A DNA stretch of 64,000 bases from Prasinococcaceae sp. CCMP 1430 (GCA_013416795.1 RQSC01000630.1:1-64000), one strand, 5' to 3'; positions 22,027 to 34,100 are shown, counted from the stretch's first letter. Notes: generated by a model not told the origin, from the sequence alone. Program-made: numbers and translations.

Positions 22027-22453
22027 ACGGGGTGCACACCGTGCAACTCTGTCACCGCTCATTAGCTGGCACGTGCAAGTCGGACCGTGCCTACCTCAGT
22101 GTCCCCGAGTCGACGGCACTTATTGAAATGTGAATGGCATCCCCCCGTCCATCGAAAGAAGGAACCCAAACGAGATATTAATCAACCGCGCGCACATACA
22201 CACATACGCAGGCATGAACACGCGCACCATTGCTTCATCTTCCACACGACGCCCACCAGCTCGACACGAAACGCGCCTGACTTCCAAGCATCGCACGGGC
22301 GGCGTGCACCCCGCCTGCAGCGCACTCATTGCAAGACGCAGCGTCGTTGGGCATTGCATTTAATTCACAGAGCACCTCATTCTACGAGGCGATCCTCACG
22401 CGCCCCGTATCGCGCACAAACGAGCGCACGAGGGCAGGCGAACCGCGCGGAGC

Positions 22454-23389
22454 TCAAATGTCATCGTCGCCGATGCAGCTACCAAAACAGCTCTTGAGCA
22501 CTCGCTGGGCGAAGGGGATGTAGCTGCACGCGTACCACACCAGTGCCATCATCTGAAGCACCACGCAGATGATGACGAGCATGGCGTCCTGTCGGGCGGC
22601 GACGCACGCGCGAATGTGTGACGTTGGTCCCGCGCATTCGCCGAACGCGTCAGAACACCCACGCGCTCGCGAGCCCGCGCCCGCGCGCGCACACACGCAC
22701 TGACACGTGCACCCTTACGCGCCGCACCTGCACAACGAGCGCGAAGACGAGTGTGAGAATCATCGTCACGAAGTACATGAGAGTCGCCCAGATGCGCCTG
22801 GCCTTGAACATTTTCTTGATCTGTACGGCGTGCAATCACGCCGGAGCGCCCCGCCGTCAGCCCTCACGAAAGCCGCGCGGGTGCGCGCTCGCGTCCGCGC
22901 GGAGAACCGCGCATACACGCGCGCGCATGTGCGCTTGTGCGCGCGCGCTTGCACACGCGCGCGTCCACGAACGCGCATGAGCACGCGTATGTGCGAGCGC
23001 GCGCATGTGAGTCTGCCTGCGTGGGCCCCGCGCACCTGGTTGACCGGTCCCATGAGGAAGGCCGTTGAGCTGATGGACAGGATGTTGCCGAACGTGTACG
23101 TCACCGCAAAGTGCGTCGCGTCGAAATTCCACACGAACATGCTCGACATGAGCGAGCAGGCGATGCCCAGGCCCGCGCAGATGAAGAAGCCTGTCAGGCG
23201 CTGCCGCCACGTGAGCGTCATCGCCTCGTCGATCTGCTCGAGCAGCGTGGGCTCCTCCTCCTCCTGCGCGCGCGCGCGTCAGTGCGTGACAGCAAAGGCG
23301 GCTCCGCTCGAGCCGCGCCAACGTGCGCCCGCCCTCCGCACCTTGATGCCCACGGCCACCTGGGCACGCTCGAGCCAGCCACGCGCCAT
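22454..23389 (-). CDS. SFT2: Vesicle transport protein SFT2 (Got1/Sft2 family), 4 exons
   Basis: Exons 23389-23342, 23263-23036, 22820-22728, 22588-22454. Motifs LTWRQRL.GF..C, FAVTYTFGN....ST.FLMGP..Q.K.MF, Q..AL.WY..SYIPFA. Confidence 0.93.
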
Positions 23390-24016
23390 GGCCCCCGCAG
23401 CTCGTGCAGCTCCCGCCCCTCCCCCCTCAGTGTGCGCACGCGCTCCCCGGCGCTTGCGCTTGCGCTCGCGCGGGCGCCGCGCCCGCGCAGCGGCTGCGCG
23501 TGTGGCGGCGCGCGTCCAGCTCGGACCCTCCCGCGGCCCCCGCCCCGCCCCCGCCGCGCCCTGACGTGTGGCGCGCGCACACACGCACGCACGCTTCGCG
23601 CGCGCGTGCTCGGGGGAACGCCGCCGACGTCATGTTTGTTACTGATGCACAGGAATTGATCTCCCGTGGGTATATATGACATGTTGAGTCATTAGAAATC
23701 AAAGGGGAGAGCACAGGTGCGAGTCGCGCGAGCGCGCACGGCTGGCGCGCCGCCGCCGTTGGCCGCGGTGGGCGCCTGCCCGAGCGAGAGCCGCGCGGGA
23801 GATGAGCCGCGCGCGCGCGCACGCGCGTGCACGTGCGCCTGCGCGTGTGCGCGTGTGTTTGCGTGCGTGTGCGCGCGTGCCATGTGCGTACTCGTGCGGG
23901 CGTGCATGTGGATGCGTGCGCGCGCGCGTGCACGTGTGCACACGGCCGGTGCCGAGGGGAGGGAGGTTACAGCCGCGCGAGGCCTCCCGCTCGCCGCACT
24001 GGCCAGCGCCGCGCCC

Positions 24017-25136
24017 TCATGTCACCAGGGGTATGACGATGTAGCCAACGATGGAGAGAACGACCAGCGCCACTGTGTGCGTACATGGGTGCGTGCGTGC
24101 GTGCGTGCATGCGTGTGAACGCGAGCGCGCATGCGTGAGCACGCGTGGCCCGGGTGAGCGGCGCACGTAACGCGCGAGCGACGCGCTCGCGCCCCCGCAA
24201 CGCAATCCCTCGGTTGGCGGCTCGGCGATCCGGCCGCTCGCACGCGTACCCGCCCGTGTGCATGCACACGCGCGGTCACTCACGCACGCATGCTCGCGCG
24301 CGCAAACGCACGCACTCAGGCACGCACACACGCGCACACGCGCACACGCGCGCATGCACGCACCGATGATCCTCAGCTTCCACATCCTGAGGAAGAGCGT
24401 GCGCTTGACAGCCGTGGCGCGCGTGCGGTACGTCGCTGCGTCCTCGAGCATTGCCTCCGATTTGTCCTCCACGCCACGCAGGCTCTCGGCGTTGCTCATC
24501 ACCTGGTCGATGTTGTTCGCCATCGTGCTCTTGACCTCCTCGATCTGCACGCTCACCTCCGCAAGGCGGCTGCTGTCGCTGTTGCTGTTGCCGGCGCCGT
24601 TGCTTTTGCCGCTGTTGCCGATGCCACCGCTGCCGCCGCCGCCCGCGTAACGCTGCAGGCAGCCCTTCAGATACAGCTTGCACTCCGCCTGGAGCGCGCC
24701 CTCCCCCGCCGCGGCCTCGACGGCGTCCGCGTCGAGTCTCTGCGCGAGCGAGCGCACGCGTCAGCCGGAGCGCGGGGCGACGCACGAAGCGCGCCATCGC
24801 AAGGGCGCGCGCGCGCATGTGCGTGTCAAGACACGCGAGGCGTACCTGCGCTGCCCAGCCGCTGAGCTCGGCGAGCAGCCTGAGCGCCGCGCGGCGCGGG
24901 TAGTCCTGCGGCGCGAGCAGCAGGAAGACGCACGACGCGCCGGCACTGAGGTGCAGATGTCCGTGCTCCTCCCCGATGGTGACCGTGAGCTGCGTGTCGG
25001 GCTTGATCTGCCCGGAGGCGAGCACGCGAGCGACGGTCGCCTGCGCGCCCGCATCGAGCGGCGTCGGCTGCGCGGCCTGCGCGAGCACCACACCGTCGGA
25101 GAGGCGCGCGACCGCCGCCCACCGCGGGGACGACAT
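24017..25136 (-). CDS. Longin R-SNARE (VAMP7/VAMP71-72-like), 3 exons
   Basis: Exons 25136-24846, 24739-24364, 24072-24017. Longin domain (YPRRAA..LL.EL), synaptobrevin motif (V..QIEEVKSTMANNIDQV..L..VEDKS), C-terminal TM; TGTAA on the minus strand at 23971-23967. Confidence 0.85.
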
Positions 25137-25569
25137 ATTCGCGCACGCGCCCTGCCCCACTCACGTCCGCTTGCCACCCACCCAGCCCACACACCCGCCA
25201 CGAACACACACACGCGCGGGCACACACGCAACGCACGCAAATGCAGCACGCGTGCGCGCGCGGTCTCGCCCGGCCCCCTCGTCCCAGGCTCGCAGGGACG
25301 CCCGCGGACCAGCGCGCCCCGACTCGAATTTGGCGCGCGCTGTGGCGTGGCGCGCCGCGGCGTGCGCTCGGGCGTGCGTGCGGTGCGTCCGCGCGCGCAC
25401 GCGCGCGCGCCCACGCGCGCACACTCCCCCTGCCCGCACGCAAGCAACGCACGCACACACGCCCCTCTCCACCGGAACACACACACACACACACACACTG
25501 AACACACTACGGGTGCGTGCGTGCGCGCGCGCCGCGCGTGCGCACGCCCCCCGCCGCGCCAGCCTGCGC

Positions 25570-26069
25570 NNNNNNNNNNNNNNNNNNNNNNNNNNNNNNN
25601 NNNNNNNNNNNNNNNNNNNNNNNNNNNNNNNNNNNNNNNNNNNNNNNNNNNNNNNNNNNNNNNNNNNNNNNNNNNNNNNNNNNNNNNNNNNNNNNNNNNN
25701 NNNNNNNNNNNNNNNNNNNNNNNNNNNNNNNNNNNNNNNNNNNNNNNNNNNNNNNNNNNNNNNNNNNNNNNNNNNNNNNNNNNNNNNNNNNNNNNNNNNN
25801 NNNNNNNNNNNNNNNNNNNNNNNNNNNNNNNNNNNNNNNNNNNNNNNNNNNNNNNNNNNNNNNNNNNNNNNNNNNNNNNNNNNNNNNNNNNNNNNNNNNN
25901 NNNNNNNNNNNNNNNNNNNNNNNNNNNNNNNNNNNNNNNNNNNNNNNNNNNNNNNNNNNNNNNNNNNNNNNNNNNNNNNNNNNNNNNNNNNNNNNNNNNN
26001 NNNNNNNNNNNNNNNNNNNNNNNNNNNNNNNNNNNNNNNNNNNNNNNNNNNNNNNNNNNNNNNNNNNNN
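25570..26069. other. Assembly gap (500 N)
   Basis: Run of N flanked by CA/GT-rich sequence. Confidence 1.
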
Positions 26070-26100
<31 letters not shown>

Positions 26101-26119
26101 GTGTTGTGTGTGTGTGTAA

Positions 26120-26935
26120 TCACTCGTCCCCGCCCGCCTCGAGGCGCAACACCTCGTCGAGGACGTCGCGGAAGGTGGCGTAGTCGTGGCCGCGCGCGGC
26201 CATCCACGAGTACAGCCGCCGCCGACGGCGCTCCTCCTCCTCGGGTCGCGCGCTGTGCGCGCGCGTCGACGCCCATGTGTGTGTGTGTGTGTGCGTGTGT
26301 GTGCGCACACACGCGCGAGGATGTGTGTGCGTGAGCGTGGGTACGTTCGGGCGCACGCGCGCGCGCACACACACGCACACACGCGCGCACACACACGCGC
26401 ACGAGCGCGCACGCACCGCTCTTCGGCCGTCCGCCTGCGCGCGCACACGCCTGCGTTCCACCGCCGCCGCGCGGCGGCCACCAGCTCCGCGCGCATGCGC
26501 GCGCGCGCCCCTTCGCCGTCGCCGGGCGCCGGCGCGCCGAGCGGAGAGGCGCCGTCGCCGTCGGCGACTGCGCCCAAGCGTGGATGGATAGGTGGTAAGG
26601 CGCGCATGCGCGTGAGCATGAGCACGTGCACACGCACACACACGCATTACACACACGCGCGCGCACGCACACACACACACGCATCACACACCCGCACACG
26701 CACGCACAAGACACCCACGCACACGCATTACACACGCGCGCGCACACACACACACGAGCACACACACACACACGCATGCACACACGCACCGTCTGCGTCT
26801 TCGTCTGCGTCGGCGTCGGCGTCGAAGGCCGTCCTGCCGCCGTCTGGGCCGTACACGCCCTCGATGGCCGCCTCGGCCAGCGCGGGGTCGCACCCCTTCC
26901 GCGCGAGCTCGCGGCGCACCCGCGAGGGCGCCCAC
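26120..26935 (-). CDS. recX: RecX-like regulatory protein, 3' exons only
   Basis: Three exons: WAPSRVRRELARKG.D..LAEAAI.., AELVAAARRRW, RRRRLYSWMAARGHDYATFRDVL*. These resemble the RecX three-helix repeats 2-3. No 5' exons found. Confidence 0.7.
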
Positions 26936-27116
26936 CTGGAGGAGCGGCGCCACGCACGCGCGAGCGCGCGTGTGTGCACGCGTGCATGTGCGTGTGCGTG
27001 CATGTGAGTGTGTCAGCGCATACCACACCCTCGGTACGGACGCGCTCGTGCCGCACCAACCACCGCGTCCACGCATACATAGACACACACGCGCGCGCAC
27101 ATACACACATCGCTCA

Positions 27117-27165
<49 letters not shown>

Positions 27166-27190
27166 GCCCCCCGGCGCACGTGCACCGCAG

Positions 27191-28588
27191 GCACGTATCC
27201 GCTCTTCATCAAAACCAAGGCCGTCCTGCGTGCGGCGCCCGCCCCGACCACCTTCCAGCTGTACAAGTCGACGTGCGTCTTCATAGCGGGATGCATCTTC
27301 ACCATCGTGCGCCTCGCGCGAGGCGTCACGCCGGCGTACTCGTTCACGCGCTGGGCGGTCGTCTCTGCGTGCTGCTGGGTGCCCAGCGGGCTGTGCACCA
27401 TCTTCTCCGTCCCGCTCGTCGGTACGAACGCGCGCGCCGCGGGCGCCCGCGCTCGCGCGAGGTCGCTCCGCGCCCGTCTGCCCAACCGCGAGAGGGCGCT
27501 GTGTGTCCCCGCGCGGCTGCGCGCGGGTATGCGCGCGCGCGCCCGTGCTCACTGCAAATCCCCCCGCCCACACCCCCGCAGGCATGTCGCTGTTCAACGC
27601 GCTGTCCTCAGGCACCACTGCTGTGCTGTCCTTCCTCGCGTTCTGGCTCGTCTTCGGCGAGCGCATGCGCGTGCACTCCTGTGGCGAGGGGTGCGAATTC
27701 TACCTGGCGCCGGCGTACCTGGCGATGACTGTGCTCGGCATGTTCGGGATGGTGTTCGCCGATGGCATCGCGGCGAGACTGTTCGGGCGCGAGGGGATGC
27801 GCGCTGGCACGTGGTCGGGGCCGGACTGGGAGGGAGCACAGCCGCTCCTCGAGGCGGCGGCGGAGTGCGACAGCGACGCCGACGGCTCCGCGCAGCCGGG
27901 GAGCACCGAGTCTGGGGGCACCGAGGCCCGCGTCACCACGACGCAATGGGTGACTGGCGTGATGGTGTCCATCCTGGGCGGCGTGTTCGCCTCTCTTCAG
28001 TACGCCGTCGTCACACTCGGCAAGCGCTGGAACGAGGAGGCCGCCGGCTGCTACGGGGCCGGCGCGCCCGCGTGCCCCCCGCGCGTCTCCGAGCGCTTCG
28101 ACGACACTGGGTCTTGGATGATGTCCTTCGGCGCCGGCGCGCTGGGCACGGCGGGCGTGCTGTACGCGCTGACACCGCTCCTGCAAGCGCTCGCGCGACG
28201 CTCCGCGGCCGACAAGCGAGCGCGCGGCGCCGAGGCCGATCAGGAACGGGGCGCGGAGACGGCGTGCGTGAGTGGCGGCAGGGGAGGAGGTTTGTGGTTC
28301 CCAAATGGATACCGGCTGCCAGACCTGCACTGGAGCGTCCTTCGTACGGCGGGCGTCGCCGCGGGCACGTTCTGGGTAGGCGGCAATTACCTCAACACCA
28401 TGGCGGTGAGCAGAGGGGGGCAATCCACGGTGATGGCGCTGTACGTCAGCATGCAGCTGGTGACGTCGGGCCTCTGGGGAATCCTTTACTACAGAGAAGG
28501 CGGGAGCTTCAGCTCCAAGGCAGTCTGGTCCGCGTCGGCGGTCTTCACTCTTGCGGCGGTCGTATTGCTGGGCCTTGAGAAGGCCTAG
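27191..28588 (+). CDS. TMEM144-like (DMT-fold) membrane transporter, first exon missing
   Basis: Exons 27191-27421 and 27582-28588. GTYPLFIK..P..FQLYKS, WVPSG, G..W..GN, QLVTSGLWGILYYRE; TGTAA at 28757. Confidence 0.75.
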
Positions 28589-28837
28589 CTCTCCGTCCAT
28601 CCCTCCTCAGCAGAGCACACCGCAAACGCACACAATTGAGTTCGTGAATGTCTCATCACCTCGCCGGCAGGGATGCACGCGCTCGACGGCGAAGCGCGAC
28701 GGCTGCCCAACCTGCACCACACTCTCCCGTTCCTGTGCGTGTTCAATGTCGTGATGTGTAAAGAAGTCCCAACGAGGCGTCCGTGATTGAGCACTGACGC
28801 AAGTCGCGTCGCAATCGCTCGATCCACGAGCTGGCGC

Positions 28838-31117
28838 TCAGCCAGTGACAGTCTCGTCCCTCGGCATCGCGAGTTGCTCCTCGAGGTCGCGCACGCGCTC
28901 CATGAGCGCTACCTCCCTCGCCCCAAGCTTGCCGGCGAGTGCAGAAAGCTCATTCTCCTTGTCCTCCAGTGCCTGCGCGGCACTCTCGGCGGCCGTAGCA
29001 TCGGCATCGGCGCTGCGGCGCAACGTAGCGAGCTGCTTGGTCAGGTTGCGCACCTGCTCCTCGAGCTCGTCCACGCGAGCACGCCAGCGCTCCAAAGCCA
29101 ATTTCGTTCCTGGCTTTTCGTACGCAGCGACTTGCGGAACGTTCGCCGCAACTGACCCGCCCGCGGTCGACTCCCTCTGAGCGAGCTGCGCTTCGGCGGC
29201 GGCCAGCCTCTCGCGCGTCACCTCCAGCTCGGTGCGCGCAAGCGCGAGCTCCGCCACCGCCTCGGCGCTCGCACGCACACCTTCGTCGGCATCGGGTACG
29301 GCTGCGAGCTGCTCCTCCAGCTCGCGCACTTGGCTCGTGAGCGAGTCGGCGCGCGCTGCTGTGGCGCCCAGCTCGCTGCGCGCCGCTTCCAGAGCGTCTT
29401 CCATCTCCGCTAGGCGAGCAGTGACGGCTGATGTGTCTGCCGACTCCTCGACGGCCGCATCAGCGGCCGGGGCCGCGCTCACATCGCTGGCCTCGGCAGC
29501 AGCGACCGGAGCAACGCCCGACACGTTGGCCTCCGCCAGCATCCCCTCGAGCTCGGCCACCCTGTCCTTCCACACCTGGAGTTCGGCCGAGTTGGCAGTG
29601 AACACGCCCGGGGTGGCATCGGCCAATTTGGCCTCAAGGTCGGCGCAGCGCTGCTTCCAGTTCTCGAGCACCACCGAGTTGGCTGGGAAAGAGCCTGCGG
29701 TGTATGCTTCGAGTTGCTCCTCGAGGTCAGCACAGCGCTCCTTCCAGTCGGCGAGCACCGCGCTGTTGGCGTTGAAGCTACCGTCGGCGGGCGCGAGCTG
29801 CGCCTCGAGGTCCGACACGCGCGCACGCCACACATCTAGCACAGAGCTGTTCGCCGAGAACTTGCCGGTCAGCGCCGCGTCCAACTCGGACTCCAGGTAG
29901 GCCACGCGCTCCTGATAGGTCTGCAGCACGGTCGCATTCGGACCCGGGAGGTACGCGCTCCCGTCGGCCCCCTCGGCATCCTCGCCCGCTGGCGCCGGCA
30001 CCTCTGCCGCAGCGTTCTCCAGCGCGGCCACTGCCGCACGCAGCTCAGCGACATCGGCCGTCTTGTCGAGCAGGGCGCCCTCCATCTGCTCCGCAGCGCC
30101 CTGTGCCTCGTACAGGGCAGCCTCAAGCGCCCGAGTCTGCTCCAGCAACTCTGCCTCCCGCGCCGCGCCCGGCGCGTCGGCTGTGTCTGCGGCACCGTCA
30201 TCGGCGTCCTCGCGGACTTGCGCGAGCTCTGCGGTCAGCTCAGCCGCACGCGCCTGCGCCTCCAACAAGGCCTCACTCGCTTCCTCATTGGCGCCGCCCT
30301 CCTTCGCGAGCATCTCCTCGAGCTCCCTCACGCGCGCTGCAAGCTCTTCCGAGCGCGAGTCGTCTCCCGGGGCGGCCGCGGGAGCGTTCGCCGCCTCGAG
30401 CCGCGCGTTGGTGTCCGCGAGCTGCGCGGCAAGCTCCGCCGCGCGCGCTTGCGCCTCGAGCAGCGGCTGGCCGGCCTCGTCCTCGAGCTCGCCGGCCGTC
30501 GGGGCGAGCGCGAGCTCCGACTCGAGCTCGCGCACACGCGCGACGAGCTCCGCGTTGCGCGCGGCGCTTCCCGCTGCCTCGCCAGCGCCCGCGGCTAGCT
30601 CGGCGGCCGCATCAGTGGCGGCCTGCTCGAAGCGCGCGGCGCGATCGGCCTCGGCGGCGGCGAGGGCCTCGAGCTCGGATATCTGCTGGCGAAGCGCGTC
30701 CAGCTCCCCGGCGTCCGCGGCGGGCTCCTGCGCCGGCGGGGTCTGCGCCTGCGCCGGTGGCGGCGGCGGAGGCGGAGGCGGAGCCTGCGCCGGCGGCGGC
30801 GGGTACGCGTACTGCGGGGGGACAGCCACGGGCGGGTAGCCGTACGGCGGTGGCGCGTAGTACTGCGCGGGCGGCGGCGGCGGCGGCGGCGCGTACTGCT
30901 GTTGCTGCGCGGCCTGCACCTGCGCGAGCGTCGCCACGTCCGCCCTGATCTTGCGGAGCGCCTCAGCGAGGTCCTGCCGACGCGAGGGCGCGAACAAGCG
31001 GCGCGACACGCGCGTCAGCGGCAGTAGACACACGCGGTCGCCCTCGGCGATCGCAACCCCCACCCTGCGCCTCGCCCATAGCGCCGCGCCGCGCCGCACC
31101 TGGTCGCCGCCCAACAT
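28838..31117 (-). CDS. Acidic coiled-coil protein with Pro/Tyr-rich N-terminus and a Trp-containing internal repeat
   Basis: Predicted exon 31117-31100 (MLGGDQ), 126-nt intron 31099-30974 (GTGCGG..CTGAC..GCAG), then exon 30973-28838. Strong Ala/Glu/Leu heptads and GC3-biased codons. Confidence 0.75.
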   Translation of the reverse strand: MLGGDQVRRGAALWARRRVGVAIAEGDRVCLLPLTRVSRRLFAPSRRQDLAEALRKIRADVATLAQVQAAQQQQYAPPPPPPPAQYYAPPPYGYPPVAVPPQYAYPPPPAQAPPPPPPPPPAQAQTPPAQEPAADAGELDALRQQISELEALAAAEADRAARFEQAATDAAAELAAGAGEAAGSAARNAELVARVRELESELALAPTAGELEDEAGQPLLEAQARAAELAAQLADTNARLEAANAPAAAPGDDSRSEELAARVRELEEMLAKEGGANEEASEALLEAQARAAELTAELAQVREDADDGAADTADAPGAAREAELLEQTRALEAALYEAQGAAEQMEGALLDKTADVAELRAAVAALENAAAEVPAPAGEDAEGADGSAYLPGPNATVLQTYQERVAYLESELDAALTGKFSANSSVLDVWRARVSDLEAQLAPADGSFNANSAVLADWKERCADLEEQLEAYTAGSFPANSVVLENWKQRCADLEAKLADATPGVFTANSAELQVWKDRVAELEGMLAEANVSGVAPVAAAEASDVSAAPAADAAVEESADTSAVTARLAEMEDALEAARSELGATAARADSLTSQVRELEEQLAAVPDADEGVRASAEAVAELALARTELEVTRERLAAAEAQLAQRESTAGGSVAANVPQVAAYEKPGTKLALERWRARVDELEEQVRNLTKQLATLRRSADADATAAESAAQALEDKENELSALAGKLGAREVALMERVRDLEEQLAMPRDETVTG

Positions 31118-34100
31118 GAAGCAGCTCGCGAGCGTGCAGACCACGGTGCTCGGCGGCCGTGCGGTGCGCTTCCGATGGGATCCCAAGGGACGCCTGCTGG
31201 CGGTGGGCGGCGTGGAGCGCACGGTGTGCGTGTATGACCGGACGGGCGCGCAGATCGATCAGATCGTGCTGCCGCCCGTCGATGACATTGCGCCCAAGCC
31301 AGAGAAGGGCAAGGCGGTCGATCCGCGCCAGGTCGCTGCGCTCGAGTGGGACGCGAGCGGTGAGAAGCTGGCCATCATGGCGACGGGCACGGCGCAGGTG
31401 ACGCTGTGGAGCGCCACGTCGCGCCAGAAACAATTCATCGAGATGGCTCCCTCCGCCGCGCACACACTCACGTGGATGGGGTGGTCGCGCCTCACGACTG
31501 GCCCCGGCGCGGCAACGCTCGCCGTCGGCACCGCCAAGGGCGCGCTGATGCTCTACGACGACAAGCATGCGCGCAAGGTGCCCGTGATGGGCAAACACAG
31601 CAAGGCCATCACCTGCGGCGCCTGGTCTATCAACGGCACGCTCGTACTCGGCTCTGAGGACAAGACTGTCACCGTCTCGCTGTCTAACGGCGACACGCTG
31701 AAGACGCTGCCGATGGCGCACAGGCCCTGGAGCTTCCAATTCGGCACGCGGCCAACGGGCGCAGATGGCGGAGCAGTCACGCGGCTAGGCACGCGCGGAC
31801 CGAACGTGTTGAGCATCATCATCGGCGGCCTGAGCCTGCTGACATACTCCATCGACGGGCAGGGGATGCCGAATGACTCGCCCGTGGAGCTGGTCTTCAA
31901 GGCCTCATACGGCACGCTCATGTCCCACCAGTGGGTGGGCACCAGCGGCTTGCTTGTCCTTGGCTTCCAGAACGGCTACGTCAACGTTGTCGACGGCCGT
32001 GAGGGCCACTCGCAAAACGCGCTCTTCACTGAGCGACTACACACCGACTACATGGTCATGTGTGCCTACTCCGAGTCCCTGCAGAGGCTCGCGACGCTTG
32101 GCAAGCACTCGCTACGGGTGGTGGACATGGCAGGTGCCGGGGCCAGCGCCCAGTTCCGGGAGCTCAAGGACGACGCCATTGACTACTCGCAGAACTTCTA
32201 CATGACGGAGATCGCGTGGACGGCTGACGGACAGATGCTCACTACCGCCAACGAGACCGGCGTGGTCACCCTTCTGTTGGCGTCGCTCCCCGTGGTCAAC
32301 GCTGCCTTCGGCTCGCGCGCGGCATACCTTACGTCGCTGCTGGAGATGTCCATCGCAGACGTGGTCACGGGCTGGAGGGTGTACGTCAAGCTTGAGGCGG
32401 AGCCCAGCCTCGTAGCCATGGGGGAGAGCCACGCGGCTGCGGGGCTCAACAACCAGGTGTGGTTCTACGCCGTTGAGGAGGACCAGAGCCAGCCACTCGA
32501 TGCCGCGGGGGTGGCGAACACCACCAAGGTCATTCGCCATGTGACGAAGCGCGACTACCTCGGTGCCGTCAAGGCTGTTTGCATGAATGCGCAATGGGCA
32601 GCAGTGCTCGCGCAGGGGCGGGTTTTGCTGCACGCGATCGAGCTCAGCGCCGACCCGGAGGACGCCATGGCGATCACGCTGCCGGAGGGGGACCGTGGCG
32701 AGGTCACCTGCGTGGCGATGACACCTGCTTTCCTTGTGTACGCAACAGACTCGGGCCTAGTGTGCTACTATGACGTGGGCGCGCGCGCGGCCGTCAACGA
32801 GTACCGCCACGCTCGCGGCACCGTGCGCGCCCTGTATCCAAACCACTCGGGCACTCGCGTTGTGATGGTCGACGACTCGAACGACCTCTGGCTGTACAAC
32901 CCGGTGAATGACCAGGTGCTCGAGGTGCCTCAGTTCGAGGGGGAGTTCGAGCGCATCATCTGGGACCTCGCCCAGCCGCACGTGTTCGTTGTGGCCACGC
33001 GTCGCGAGCTGCACTGCATGCTATACTCGCCCGTTACCATCTCGGGGCCATCGGTGACATTGTTAGGGACGGACTCGCTGCTCACCGGGCACTCACCCGT
33101 GACGCTCAACAACGGGGTGGTGGCCGTGCAGGGTGCCGGCGGTGAACTCAGCCGAGTGCGCTTACACTCGCATCGCCATGTGCAGCCCCTCGAGGCGGGC
33201 GCGCCGCTCGACGCGGCCTCGCTAAGTCTGCGATGCGAGCAGCTGCTCGCACTACGCAGGCTCGCCGAGGCGTGGGAATGTGCAGTGCAGCTTCGCGAGC
33301 CCGCCGTGTGGGAGGAGCTGGTACGTGTCGCGCTCAATCAACTGGAGGTTGGGCTCGCCATCCGCGTGTACCGCGCCGTCGGTGAGGCCGGCATGGTCCA
33401 GGCGCTCGAAGCTGTGGCGGGCATCGATGACCGGGTACTGCTGGCGGGTCACGTCACATTGCTGCTCAGTGGCGACACCGAAGCTGCGCAGGATCTGTTC
33501 CTGCGATCGAGCAGGCCTGCGGCGGCGCTCGAGATGAGGAAGGATCTCAAGCAGTGGGAGGCAGCCCTCGCGCTCGCGCAGCAGTTGGACGCGCAGCACG
33601 GTACTGGTGCGCAGCTGCCGGAGATCTGCCGCGAGAATGCCGCCCTGCTTGAGGCGCGCGGCGAGTATGAGCGCTCGCTTGCATTCTACGAGCGCGCGCT
33701 CGGGTACTCGGATGGCGACGACCCCACGCGCGATGCCGCGCGCAACGCCGCGTGCGTGGCTGGCATGGCACGCGTGTGCGTGCGGCTGGGCGATGCGCGC
33801 CGCGGGAGGCAGCTCGCGCTCGACGCCAACTCAGAGACCCTTTGCAGAGAATGCGCGGCCATTTTTGAGGAGATGGGGCTCCTTACTGAGGCCGCGGAGA
33901 TGTACCAGCACGGAGGACAGCACGAGCGCGCTGCTAGCATATATATCGCAACCAAGGCGTTCTCGCTGGCCAAGCCGCTGATGAGCCGCATCAAGTCGCC
34001 CAAGCTGCAGCTGCAGTACGCGCGCGCAAAGGAGGCCGAGGGGCGCTTTGATGACGCTGCCGACGCCTACGAGGCCGCCGGAGCCAATGACTACCTCGTG

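Noticed and set aside
24678-27110. Long ORFs (450-650 aa) spanning X runs; likewise 42110-44023
   Set aside because: They stay open only because of N gaps.
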